From NCBI GenBank assembly GCA_038150265.1, contig JAYOTF010000014.1:1-64000 (forward strand): 64,000 bases of DNA. The letters are read 5' to 3'. A program made the position numbers and the translations under genes. Positions 29,485 to 38,918 of the stretch are shown here, one piece after another; the stretch's first letter is position 1; every line of letters starts with the position of its first letter. Origin of the DNA: Deltaproteobacteria bacterium (GTDB lineage Bacteria > SAR324 > NAC60-12). The notes below the pieces were generated by a model. It searched no databases, was not told where the DNA came from, and saw only the letters and a list, made by a program, of their open reading frames with translations.

Positions 29485-30613
29485 GAACCGCATCCTCCTT
29501 GTCGATGATGAAGAAATTGTTCGCAGTACCGTCCGACGCGCCCTCCGTCATGAAGCCGTTGAAATCGCAGAGGCTGAAAATGGACAGGTCGCGCTGGAAA
29601 GCATCCGGAGCTGGGAGCCCGATGTGGTCTTCCTGGACCTCCGGATGCCGGTGCTGGATGGAATCGGGCTGCTGCAGGAGCTTCAGCTGACGCCTGAGGT
29701 TCCGCTGCAGGTCATCATTCTGACCGGACACGGCGATGATGAGGAGCTGCGGGAGTGCTACCAGCTGGGCGCCCGTGCCTTTTTGCGCAAGCCCTTCAAC
29801 CGCATTGAAATCCGGGCCCTGATGCGCCAGAGCCTCGACTTCCTCAAGTCTCAGCGGCAGCTGCGCCTCGCTCTTTCCCTGAGGTCGGAGCAGCTGGAGC
29901 AAACGGAGGCCGAGCTGTTTCAGGCCTCCAAGCTCTCCCTCCTCGGCGAGTTCACTGCCGGCATGGTGGTGGACCTCAGTCAGCCCATCGGCTTGCTGAG
30001 CCTGGCGGTGGAAAGTGGCCGGAAGGCCCTGGAGCAACGGGATTGGGAACGGATGGAGCGCGTTGTCAACCGCCTCGGGCAGGCCACTCAGGAGACCATG
30101 GACCTCCTGGACCGCATGCGTTCCTTTGGTCAGCAAAACCTGGAGTCGCCCTACCCGCTGCGCCTGAATGAGACCCTGCAGAAGACCCTCAGGCTGCTGG
30201 AGCAGCCTCTGGAAAACGCCGGCATTTCCGTCAGCCTGGACCTCCAAACGGGGCTCCCGGAGGTCCAGGCCGTCTCCGGACAACTGGAGCAGGTCTTCAC
30301 ACACCTGATCCTGAACGCCAAGGAGGCGCTGCTGCTCAATCGCGCTGAAGGAGAGCGCACCCTGCACCTGCAGACCCGGAGCACGCCCACAGCGGTGCAG
30401 GCCCTTGTGCGCGACAACGGCGGAGGGGTGCCCGAAGACATGGAGCCGCACCTCTTTGACACCCTTTACACGACCCGGGACGGGACGGCCGCTGCAGGGA
30501 TGGGGCTCTCCATCAGCAAACGCTTGCTCGGACTCTACGAGGCTGATATTCTGTTAAACAATTACCCTCATGAGGGAGCGGAGTTTGTCATCACGTTCCC
30601 CCTGAAAATCTGA
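29477..30613 (+). CDS. REC - histidine-kinase-like protein lacking the phospho-acceptor His
   Basis: REC intact. The H-box reads GMVVDLSQP. N, G1 and G2 boxes are recognisable (LILNAKEA, DNGGGV, GMGLSIS). Confidence 0.8.
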   Translation: MPKNRILLVDDEEIVRSTVRRALRHEAVEIAEAENGQVALESIRSWEPDVVFLDLRMPVLDGIGLLQELQLTPEVPLQVIILTGHGDDEELRECYQLGARAFLRKPFNRIEIRALMRQSLDFLKSQRQLRLALSLRSEQLEQTEAELFQASKLSLLGEFTAGMVVDLSQPIGLLSLAVESGRKALEQRDWERMERVVNRLGQATQETMDLLDRMRSFGQQNLESPYPLRLNETLQKTLRLLEQPLENAGISVSLDLQTGLPEVQAVSGQLEQVFTHLILNAKEALLLNRAEGERTLHLQTRSTPTAVQALVRDNGGGVPEDMEPHLFDTLYTTRDGTAAAGMGLSISKRLLGLYEADILLNNYPHEGAEFVITFPLKI

Positions 30614-30642
30614 CCTGCCCTCACGTCTACGTCACTGATTCC

Positions 30643-31413
30643 ATGCCAGATTCTGTCATGAAAAAACCTAATTTATTGTTAGTCGATGATGACGCCAGCA
30701 TGTTGGCCTCGCTGCTGGACTTGCTGGAGGAGGATTACACGGTTTATACCGCAGAAAACGGAGAGCGGGCCCTTGACCTGCTCCGGACGTCCGGAGTGGA
30801 CTTCCCGGTGGTGGTCTCTGACCAGAGCATGCCGCGTCTGCCAGGACATGAACTGTTTCGCATCATTCACACGGAATTTCCTGACACGGTGGGGATCCTG
30901 TTTACCGGCTTTCCGGAGGTGGAAAGCCTCATTCAGGCGGTCAATGAGGGGCACATCTACGGCTGCCTCCGCAAGGACTTCAAGGCTCAGGACCTCGTGC
31001 AGCTGGTCAACCGGGCCTACTCCTGGCAGGAGAGCCTGCGGAGCCTCAAGGCTCAAGCGGGCGTGGGTGCCACCGAACTGCTGGAGCAGGAGCTGCAGCG
31101 GGCGTGGCGGTATGGGTTGGAGTACGTGGGCGTCCTGATTGACTGGTCGGGGCCGGCCTCCACCGAGCAGCTGAAGCCCAGGCTCCGCAAGACCGACGTG
31201 GTGGGCAACCTGAATGAGTCACGGAGCCTGGTGCTCCTGACGCACACGCCTCTGGAAAAGGCCCGCCCCGCCCTGGAACGCCTCTTGGCGACCTGCCCGG
31301 AATGCCAACTCGGCATCCTGAAGCCCAGCAACGAGCCTCCGAACTCTGCAGAAGCCTACCTGCTCAGCCTCAGTCAGGAAACCTTCCAGGAAGTCACCCA
31401 GCCCCTTCCTTAA
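30643..31413 (+). CDS. Response regulator with a degenerate GGDEF-like C-terminal domain
   Basis: REC (LVDDD, SDQSMP). C-terminus LEQELQRAWRY...LRKTDVVGNLNESRSLVLL..T....A....ERL follows the GGDEF pattern with NESRS in place of GGDEF. Confidence 0.72.
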   Translation: MPDSVMKKPNLLLVDDDASMLASLLDLLEEDYTVYTAENGERALDLLRTSGVDFPVVVSDQSMPRLPGHELFRIIHTEFPDTVGILFTGFPEVESLIQAVNEGHIYGCLRKDFKAQDLVQLVNRAYSWQESLRSLKAQAGVGATELLEQELQRAWRYGLEYVGVLIDWSGPASTEQLKPRLRKTDVVGNLNESRSLVLLTHTPLEKARPALERLLATCPECQLGILKPSNEPPNSAEAYLLSLSQETFQEVTQPLP

Positions 31414-31769
31414 AGATCCTCCAGCATGGCCATCAGCTCCGGAACCTTGAACGGCTTGTCCAGGAATTTCCAAACGGCCAGGTCGTCAAAGAGGTGCTTG
31501 AAGCTGACGCCTTTCACATCAGCTCCACCGGACATCACGATCACCCGAAAGTCCCACCCACGTCCTCGAACGGTCCGGAGCAGCTCTTCCCCGTCCATCT
31601 CTGGCATGATGTAGTCCGTGATCATCAGATCCGGATGTGCCTCCTCCAGCACCGTCAGGGCCTCCTTCCCGTTCATGACCCCCTGAACCTCGTGGTCCAG
31701 GGTTTCCAGAATGTCAATGAGGACGTCTCGGAAGACAGCGCTGTCTTCCACCACAAGTATCTTAGCCAT
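31410..31769 (-). CDS. Single-domain response regulator
   Basis: ILVVEDS, ITDYIMPEMDG, MSG and KPF. ATG at 31769. Confidence 0.9.
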   Translation of the reverse strand: MAKILVVEDSAVFRDVLIDILETLDHEVQGVMNGKEALTVLEEAHPDLMITDYIMPEMDGEELLRTVRGRGWDFRVIVMSGGADVKGVSFKHLFDDLAVWKFLDKPFKVPELMAMLEDL

Positions 31770-33399
31770 GCCGGGTCTCAGAGTGGGAATCAACAGAGAA
31801 TTTCGGGAGTTGGATGTGAAAGCAGGCGCCCGCGTCTTGGTTTTCCACCGTCAACCGGCCTCCCAGATGCTGCTCCACAATCATGCGGGACATGTGCAGT
31901 CCCAGTCCGGTTCCTTGACGGTCCCGCTTTGTACTGAAGTAAGGCTCAAAGATCCGTTCCTTGAGTTCGTTGGGAATGCCACCTCCGGAGTCTGCCACAC
32001 TGAGCAGGAGCGAGGTGTCCTGGTTCACCAGCGTAAACGACAGGCGCCGGTTGGCTTCCGGCACACTCTGCAGGGCGTCCACCGCGTTGCTGATGAGGTT
32101 CAGCAGCACCTGCAGCAATTCGTTGGGCAAGGAGTCGATCGGGTCCACCTCTTCAAATGAGAGGGCGACCTGGACCTGAAAGCGCTCCAGGCGTTGTTCC
32201 ATGAGGCTCAGGGCCTGCTGGCAGACGGTCTTGACACACGTCGGCTGCTGCTGCTGCTCAGCCTGGAGCATCTTCCGGAAGTCTTCAATGGTTTGGGAAA
32301 GGTACTCCGTCTGTGTCTGAATCTGCGTCAGGCCTTCCCCCAGCGCCTGCTCGCTCAGCTTGTGGAGCTGCCGTTTGAGGATCATGCCCTGTGCCAGGGT
32401 GCTGATGACCGCAAGCGGTTGGCGCCACTGATGCGCCACCATGCCCAGCACCTCGCCCATGGTCGCCAAGCGCGTTGCCTGCCGGAGCTGCTTTTGGGAC
32501 TCCAGCAACGCCTCGTTCGCCTGCGACAGCTCAGCATTGGACCCCTCCAGGTTCTCCTCGGCGAGGGTCCGCTCCTCCATCAGCTGCACCATGGTCTGCT
32601 GATACACCTTCACGGCCTCCATCAGCTGGACCACCTCATAAGTCGTCATCTGTTTCGGATCAAAGCGCATGGGCCGCACCAGGTGGGTGCGGTCAGCATT
32701 TTGCCACCGCAGGCTGTGCTCCGAAATCTTGTCCGCCAGGCCCATGAGGGGCAGGCTGAGGCGCCGGGAGAGGTAGTTGACGAGGACCAGGGAGACCGCC
32801 AGGCTGATGAGCACCATGACCGTCAGGTTCTGAATCTCCTCACGCAGGAGTCCGGTCTGGAAGTCGTCGTTGAAGAGGACCATCAGGCGCCCGAGTGGCG
32901 CCCCACGGTTGTTGAGCAACACCGAAATCTCCATGAACTGCTCCCCGGGCTCCAGCACCCGGTGGCTCAGTTGCAGGCGCTCAGAGAGTTCCACTTTCTT
33001 GCTGAAGAATCCCTGGGCCTTGTAGCCCTGGAGGGGAACGGTGCCACTGTCGAGCAATCCCACCACCCGGCGCTTGGGGAGCCCATTGGCTTGAAAGACA
33101 ACCTCGTCCGATGCATCCAGCACCACTCCTTCGGGGTCCAGGACGTACACCAACTCCACCTGAGGCAGGGCACTCATTTCCTCTAGTGTGATATTCAGCA
33201 GCGCCCAGTTCCGAGACAGCACCGAATCCGTACAGTCTCGCACAAAGGTCATCACCAGCCACTGGTTGAGCTCCAGCTGCTGTTGCTGCTGAGACTGGGT
33301 GGCATACCAGATCTGGTAGGCAAACATCAGGGATGCCGTCAGGAGGAGCAACCCTCCAAACCAAAGAAACAGCTGAGATTGAATCCGCAGGCGCTTCAT
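31762..33399 (-). CDS. Membrane sensor histidine kinase
   Basis: Two TM segments, MVAHQWRQPL H-box, QVLLNLISNA, DSGGGI and PYFSTK..GTGLGL. Confidence 0.9.
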   Translation of the reverse strand: MKRLRIQSQLFLWFGGLLLLTASLMFAYQIWYATQSQQQQQLELNQWLVMTFVRDCTDSVLSRNWALLNITLEEMSALPQVELVYVLDPEGVVLDASDEVVFQANGLPKRRVVGLLDSGTVPLQGYKAQGFFSKKVELSERLQLSHRVLEPGEQFMEISVLLNNRGAPLGRLMVLFNDDFQTGLLREEIQNLTVMVLISLAVSLVLVNYLSRRLSLPLMGLADKISEHSLRWQNADRTHLVRPMRFDPKQMTTYEVVQLMEAVKVYQQTMVQLMEERTLAEENLEGSNAELSQANEALLESQKQLRQATRLATMGEVLGMVAHQWRQPLAVISTLAQGMILKRQLHKLSEQALGEGLTQIQTQTEYLSQTIEDFRKMLQAEQQQQPTCVKTVCQQALSLMEQRLERFQVQVALSFEEVDPIDSLPNELLQVLLNLISNAVDALQSVPEANRRLSFTLVNQDTSLLLSVADSGGGIPNELKERIFEPYFSTKRDRQGTGLGLHMSRMIVEQHLGGRLTVENQDAGACFHIQLPKFSVDSHSETRHG

Positions 33400-33406
33400 G
33401 TTTCCT

Positions 33407-34336
33407 TCACTGCACCTGGATGCTCTCTAGGTGAAAGAAGGCCTCCAGTTTATTGGGAAACAGCAAGGACTCGTTGCTTCCGGTTTGTGCCGGTAGCACA
33501 ATGAATCCGCCCCCAAAGGTCTCGGGAATGGAGTTCCCTTCCAGGGAGTAGGCCACCAGCAGCTGGTCCCGGTCGCTTTCCGCAGGAATGACCATTTCAA
33601 GCCCCAGGGAGGAGCGGAGCCTCAGCGGACGCCCCTGTGCGGTCTCGGGCAGCAGCTGACTCAGAGGCACCACGCCAATCTCCGTGTTCTCATTCGGCAC
33701 CATCACCCCCTTGCGGACTCCACGCGGAATCGGAAGCACCCGGTTCAGGGTTGACCGAGAGGCCCGGAGCATCTGCTCACGCGACCACGCCTGGGTGGCG
33801 TCTCCCTGCTGCACCTCCACCGACGACACCAGGTCGATGTGCCCAAAGAGGAGCATCTTGACGTACCAGGTGTAAAGCCCCACGTCTCGTTCGCTCGTGC
33901 TCATGACCTTCACCGGTCCACCGCGACGTGGAGAGATGGGTTCTCCGTTTTGCTCAAAGGCCAGGAGGGCACCCGCCCGGACCAGGTCGGTAAAGGGTTC
34001 ATGCGTGCTGTAGCCATCATTGGCCAGCATCGTCAGGTCTCCCTCAAACGGCTGCTCCAGCTGGAGCACCTGGGGCAGGTCCTCAAACGGCATCCCGCTG
34101 AACTGCTGGGGGCCATCCTTGGAAAAGATGGGGTCTGTGACTTCAATGGTCTTGAGGTAGGGGCGCAGGTCTTCTTCGGTGACCACCTTCTCACGAATCT
34201 GCAAGTTGGCGTCACGGATGAACAGGTGCAGCTCAAAAGGTACGGCCTGGACCGCAGAGCTGGTGATCAGCAGGAGCAGCAGCGCTCCAGGGAGCCTCTT
34301 CAAGGGGATTAGCCACTGCTGAAAAAAATGAGTCAT
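33407..34336 (-). CDS. Exported protein with two SUOX/molybdopterin-oxidoreductase-like domains (PruR-like)
   Basis: Signal peptide (AVQA). Domain 1: FSGMPF..L, ANDGY, LLAFEQNGEPI...RGGP and WYVK. Weaker second copy: LLVAYSLEGNSIPETFGG. No obvious Mo-ligating Cys. Confidence 0.6.
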   Translation of the reverse strand: MTHFFQQWLIPLKRLPGALLLLLITSSAVQAVPFELHLFIRDANLQIREKVVTEEDLRPYLKTIEVTDPIFSKDGPQQFSGMPFEDLPQVLQLEQPFEGDLTMLANDGYSTHEPFTDLVRAGALLAFEQNGEPISPRRGGPVKVMSTSERDVGLYTWYVKMLLFGHIDLVSSVEVQQGDATQAWSREQMLRASRSTLNRVLPIPRGVRKGVMVPNENTEIGVVPLSQLLPETAQGRPLRLRSSLGLEMVIPAESDRDQLLVAYSLEGNSIPETFGGGFIVLPAQTGSNESLLFPNKLEAFFHLESIQVQ

Positions 34337-34350
34337 TCTTGGGTTACGTT

Positions 34351-35847
34351 TCAAGGGTTAACGACGGGAAAGGTAATCTGAACCAGGGCTCCGTGCCCTT
34401 CCCGGCTCCGGAGGTGAAAGCGGCCATTCTGGTCCGCAATGATGCTTCGGCAAATCGAAAGCCCCAGGCCGGTCCCCTTGCCGGCCTCCTTGGTGGTAAA
34501 GAAGGGGTCTTCAATCCGCTGAAGGAGCTTTTTCGGAATTCCGGGGCCGGTGTCTTCCACCTCCATGCGGACCTCGTCGTCTTGACGAACCACCCGAAGG
34601 ACCAGTTGCTTGGCGCCACCGAAGTGCTGGAAGGCGTCTCGCGCGTTGCTGACCACCTCCACCAGAACGTGCTGCACCTGTCCGGGAATGCACCTGATGG
34701 AGCAGGGCTCCTCGGTGTACTCCTCCAGCAGCTCAATGCCCCGTCCCACAAACTGCTGCCGGTGCAGATCCGCAGTGGCCCGAACCAGGTTCCGGGGGTC
34801 TTCTTCCACAAAATCGGTCTGATTCGACACCTGAGCAAAGTGCCGGAGTTGCTGAATGACCACGGCAATCCGGTCCACATGCTCATCAATGCGCATCAGG
34901 GAGCCCTTGACCTTCTCCGGACGCTTTTCCAGCTGGCTGATGGCGCCACTGACCGAGAGTTTGATGATGCCCAGGGGGTTGTTGATCTCATGAGCCAACC
35001 CGGTGGCAATGCTTCCCAGAGAAGACAGCTTGGTGTTCTGAACCAGCTGACGCTGCAGGGCCACCGAATCGCGCTGGTGGCGCACCAGGCGGGCGTGGTT
35101 TTCCAACCGTGCCAGCATCTCCTCCCGTGAGAAGGGCTTGACGAGGTAGTCGTTGGCTCCGGCCTTGAGGGACTCAATGACCACCGAATACTCGCCAGCC
35201 GCCGTGAGGATGATCACCGGCAGCTCCGGACGGTTCAGAGGCCCCCGGATGGTCCGGCACAGCTCAATGCCATCCATTTTCGGCATCACAAAGTCCGTCA
35301 CCACCAGGTCCACGGGGTACTTTTCCAGCAGCTCCACCGCCTCTTCGCCATTGGACGCATCCAGCACATGAGCGCCTCGTTTGCGGAGGATCCGGGCCAG
35401 GATCGTCCGGATGGAGCGGGAGTCGTCGACCACCAGGATGTTGATGTCTTCCAGGGAGTGCTCATCGGCCAGCAGCTCCTCCAGGTACTCCCGGAGGCTT
35501 CCGGGCTCAAAGGGCTTCTTGATGAACTCCACCGCCCCGGCATGAAAGGCTCGGGCATTCAGGTTGGGCTCCTCCTTGCTGGAAATCACAATGATCGGAA
35601 TGTGCGAACACTGCGGGTAGTAGCGGATGCGCTGAATGGTGGTAATGCCATCAATTTCCGGCATTTCCACATCCATCGTGATCGCGTCCGGCTCCAGCTC
35701 AATGGCCATGCTCATGGCCTCTCTGCCACTCTCCGCCTCATAAATCTGAGCGTTGTGCAGGCTGGAGAGTTCCTCCCGGATGAGCTTTCGGGAGCTGGCG
35801 CTGTCATCGACCACCAGGATTTTCAGAGGGACCGGGTTGGTGTTCAT
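34351..35847 (-). CDS. Cytoplasmic hybrid kinase REC-REC-HisKA-HATPase
   Basis: Two REC domains (MDVEMP, TDFVMP), [16 protein letters not shown] and PFFTTK..GTGLGL. Confidence 0.9.
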   Translation of the reverse strand: MNTNPVPLKILVVDDSASSRKLIREELSSLHNAQIYEAESGREAMSMAIELEPDAITMDVEMPEIDGITTIQRIRYYPQCSHIPIIVISSKEEPNLNARAFHAGAVEFIKKPFEPGSLREYLEELLADEHSLEDINILVVDDSRSIRTILARILRKRGAHVLDASNGEEAVELLEKYPVDLVVTDFVMPKMDGIELCRTIRGPLNRPELPVIILTAAGEYSVVIESLKAGANDYLVKPFSREEMLARLENHARLVRHQRDSVALQRQLVQNTKLSSLGSIATGLAHEINNPLGIIKLSVSGAISQLEKRPEKVKGSLMRIDEHVDRIAVVIQQLRHFAQVSNQTDFVEEDPRNLVRATADLHRQQFVGRGIELLEEYTEEPCSIRCIPGQVQHVLVEVVSNARDAFQHFGGAKQLVLRVVRQDDEVRMEVEDTGPGIPKKLLQRIEDPFFTTKEAGKGTGLGLSICRSIIADQNGRFHLRSREGHGALVQITFPVVNP

Positions 35848-35895
35848 TCTCCTCACACAAGAAAAGGCATTACGTCGTCACGCCTCGCATTCGCT

Positions 35896-37137
35896 TCAAT
35901 CCCAAAGCGTCTGCTTGGCAAAAAAATCAAGAATCTGGTTGAGCAGCACCTGCTCCTCAGGCGCCACATAAAGGAACTCGATGCCAAACTCTCCGCGCCC
36001 CTCCTGAGACCGGTTCCAGATGGTGGTCCCGGTGACTTCCAGGGGGGCCAGGTTCGGAATCACGGGACGGCCCTGCTCCCAAAAGATGGTCATGCGGACC
36101 GTCACGCCCACCGGAAGCGCGTGGTCGGACTTGACCCGGGCGCCGGAGCGCGACAGGTCCAGCAGCTGCCCCTCCCAGGCTTCCGCCTGCTTGAGGGTGC
36201 TCCGACGCTCTTCATACTGCACCGGCACCTGCACGTTGTAGCGCTCGGCGCGGCTCGACCGGGCGTTGAAGAAGCGCTCCTCCGCCTCGCAGAGGACCTC
36301 CTCCGAGTGCGCGCCTTCCGGAGGGTGTTCCCGAAAGTAGTTGCACCGCTTGATGTAATTGATGGTGACCGGGTCCTCCGGAAACTGCTCCAGGCACTCC
36401 CGGAAGGGCAACAGCGCCTCCTCAAAGAGCCAGGCCTTGTACAGGGCCATCCCCTGAAAGAGCAGCATCTGCGTGGACCGCTTCACCTCCTGCAAGGCAG
36501 GGGAGTCGGTCGCAAACACCTCATACACGTTCACCAGCCGTTGCCGTCCCCGGACCCGGAGGGTGTCCACCTCGCGGACGGCCTTCAGCTGCGACCGGAG
36601 GGCCGCATGCGTGTGGTGCGAAATGAGGATCCGCGAGCCAAACGACTTGGTCAGGGTCTCCAGGCGGGCGGCCAGGTTGACGGCATCGCCAACCACGGAC
36701 AGGTGCTTGCCCCGCAGGCCTCCCACCCAGCGGTGTCCCACAATGACGGGTCCGGTGTTGATGCCAATCCCGGCCCGGAACTGCCGAGCCCGAGGACGGG
36801 CATTGAAGGCGTCAAGCCGCTGCTGCATCGCCACTGCGGCCTCCACGGCCCGGTCAGCACTGGAACGCCCCTCAAAGAGCGCCATCAGGGCATCGCCCAT
36901 GAACTTGTCCACCACGCCCCCATGCTGCTCCACCTCCAGCACCAGCGCATCAAAGATGGCACTGAGCATCCGAAACCCCGTCTTCGGCGTTGTGGACTCC
37001 ACATGGGTCGTGTACCCCCGGATGTCCAGAAACAGGATGGAGAGGGTCATTTCCCTCAGAGGAGAGACCTCGTCACTTAACGCCTCATGGCTCGCAATCC
37101 AATGAAGTCCTCGTTTTCTAGAAGAATTCGACATCAT
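35896..37137 (-). CDS. Class III nucleotide cyclase - TPR - PilZ-like (no receiver domain)
   Basis: FLDIRGYT, VDKFMGDA, SVVGDAVNLAARLE, TPR (GMALYKAWLFEEA) and DLSRSG. The start may be as late as ATG 37050. Confidence 0.85.
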   Translation of the reverse strand: MMSNSSRKRGLHWIASHEALSDEVSPLREMTLSILFLDIRGYTTHVESTTPKTGFRMLSAIFDALVLEVEQHGGVVDKFMGDALMALFEGRSSADRAVEAAVAMQQRLDAFNARPRARQFRAGIGINTGPVIVGHRWVGGLRGKHLSVVGDAVNLAARLETLTKSFGSRILISHHTHAALRSQLKAVREVDTLRVRGRQRLVNVYEVFATDSPALQEVKRSTQMLLFQGMALYKAWLFEEALLPFRECLEQFPEDPVTINYIKRCNYFREHPPEGAHSEEVLCEAEERFFNARSSRAERYNVQVPVQYEERRSTLKQAEAWEGQLLDLSRSGARVKSDHALPVGVTVRMTIFWEQGRPVIPNLAPLEVTGTTIWNRSQEGRGEFGIEFLYVAPEEQVLLNQILDFFAKQTLWD

Positions 37138-38911
37138 CGAGTAAATCGTCCTCGGTCGCCTCCACCGGCGCGGCGTCTGCTTGCTTCTCTGCAGGGTCCC
37201 ACCCCTCGAAGAGGCGGTTCAGGACCTCCCGGAAGGGCTCTTGCAGACAGGAGTGGTGAATCGTCCGCTCCACGTCCCGCGAGTAGAGGCGTTCCAGTTC
37301 AGAAAGGTCGAGGGGCTCGGAAGCCTCGGGCTCGCCCGCAAGCGTCTGGTCCAGTTCGGTGTGGAGAAGTTCAATGAGCTGATACGTCAGGCGGACGCGA
37401 AGCTCCACCTGCTCCCCAAAAGAAAGATTTTCCAACAAGGTGAGGATTCCACCAGCTAATTTCCATGTTTCCCGCGAAACCGCTCCGGTCCGGGCCAGCA
37501 TCGCCACACTGGCTTCCCGGAAGCCCTGCAGGCGTTCATTGAGGGACACGCGGGTCCGGCCCACCGACTCCAGCTGCTGGTCGAGGGACTGCTGCAGCGC
37601 CTCCTGGAACCCCGAGATCAGCTCCAGCCCCTCCTGAAGGGTGGAGACTTCCCGTGAGAGCAGGTCCTGTGCTTCTTCCGAGCGGTGAATGACTTCGTGG
37701 CTGAGCTTCTCCAGACGGGCCGAGTGCTCTCCGGCGTCATTCGGAAGCAGCATCGCGTTCACCGACATGCGGCGCAAATCGTTGCCAATGTCTTCAATGG
37801 ATTCCAGGTGCTCTCGGGTCAGCCGCAGCCGGGCATTGACCTCTTCCATGGCACCCAGCACCCGGCGGGTGACGCCCTCGCTGCGCCGGAGGGTCTGCAG
37901 AAGCGCCTGCAGCGCCAGGTCCAGCTGCCGCACTCCCGCACTGAGGGGGCCCTCGAGTCCCAGGATCTCTCCCACGCGGGACACCTGATTCTGAGCCCGG
38001 GCAGAGATGTCCCGGAACCGGGCGTCCACCTGCTGCTCAATTTCATCCGTCTTGTGGAGGACATAGGCCAGCTGCCCGAGCTGGATCTCCAGGCACTGCC
38101 GGGCCCAGCGTCGGGAGGCCACCGAGCCCTCCTCCAGCCGGGTTCCGGCAAGCACCAGCGCCTCCGAGACGTGCTCCATCTGCTGCCGGGTGATGTCATG
38201 GAACTGCACCGCCATGACGACCTGATTGAGGTACGGGACAATTTCTTCCGAGTCCTTGCGGATCCAGCTGCAGGAGCTGACGACCTTGCGCATCAGGCCC
38301 CGCATCTCCCGGACCCCGTCTTCCACCTGTCGCTGCAGCGCCTCTGCCTCGAGCGGCATCAGCTCGCTCAGGCGGACCTGTCGCATGACGGTAAAGAACT
38401 CCTCCTGGGCCTGCTCCGCGCTCCAGGTCATGGAAAGCCGGGTGTCGGCCATGTGTCCGGCCAGGGTGGTGATGCCCTCGGAGAGCTGCACAAACGCCCG
38501 GGGGTGCGAGTGCTGCTGCCCCTGAAGGTTCATGAGCACCCCAATGATGCGGACCGCATGGGCCAGGCGCATGAGGAAGCCGCCCACCTGCTCCAGGGAC
38601 TGGGTCCGGCTGGTGAGGTCGTGCAGGCTGGGAAGCGTCCCGGTGAGGAGCGTGGTGCTGTCTCCGACCTCACCGCCTCCCTCCCGGAAGAGCGTTTCCA
38701 CGTCGTCCAGCCGCCAGCCTTCGCCCGACTGAATCCGGGCCTCCACCTCACCGACTTCGGCAGAGTTGTTCTTGAACTGCGTGGAGACGCCATAGATCTG
38801 GTCACCGAGCAAGAGGAAGTCCTGCTCGGTTTCGCTGGAGATGCTCATCAGCCCCTCAGCCGCCTGGCGGAGGAGGGCTGTGCCTGCAGTTAAATCGAAG
38901 GAGGCGGTCAT
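37118..38911 (-). CDS. Soluble degenerate MCP-like coiled-coil protein with a CheZ-like QFxDxxxQ motif
   Basis: No TM segment, two decayed MCP tip-like segments, AVQFHDITRQQMEHV and an acidic C-terminal DDVEFF. Confidence 0.65.
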   Translation of the reverse strand: MTASFDLTAGTALLRQAAEGLMSISSETEQDFLLLGDQIYGVSTQFKNNSAEVGEVEARIQSGEGWRLDDVETLFREGGGEVGDSTTLLTGTLPSLHDLTSRTQSLEQVGGFLMRLAHAVRIIGVLMNLQGQQHSHPRAFVQLSEGITTLAGHMADTRLSMTWSAEQAQEEFFTVMRQVRLSELMPLEAEALQRQVEDGVREMRGLMRKVVSSCSWIRKDSEEIVPYLNQVVMAVQFHDITRQQMEHVSEALVLAGTRLEEGSVASRRWARQCLEIQLGQLAYVLHKTDEIEQQVDARFRDISARAQNQVSRVGEILGLEGPLSAGVRQLDLALQALLQTLRRSEGVTRRVLGAMEEVNARLRLTREHLESIEDIGNDLRRMSVNAMLLPNDAGEHSARLEKLSHEVIHRSEEAQDLLSREVSTLQEGLELISGFQEALQQSLDQQLESVGRTRVSLNERLQGFREASVAMLARTGAVSRETWKLAGGILTLLENLSFGEQVELRVRLTYQLIELLHTELDQTLAGEPEASEPLDLSELERLYSRDVERTIHHSCLQEPFREVLNRLFEGWDPAEKQADAAPVEATEDDLLDDVEFF

Positions 38912-38918
38912 GGTCGGC

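Noticed and set aside
35368..37080. 570-aa plus-strand ORF
   Set aside because: Antisense to the kinase and cyclase genes, with no recognisable domains.
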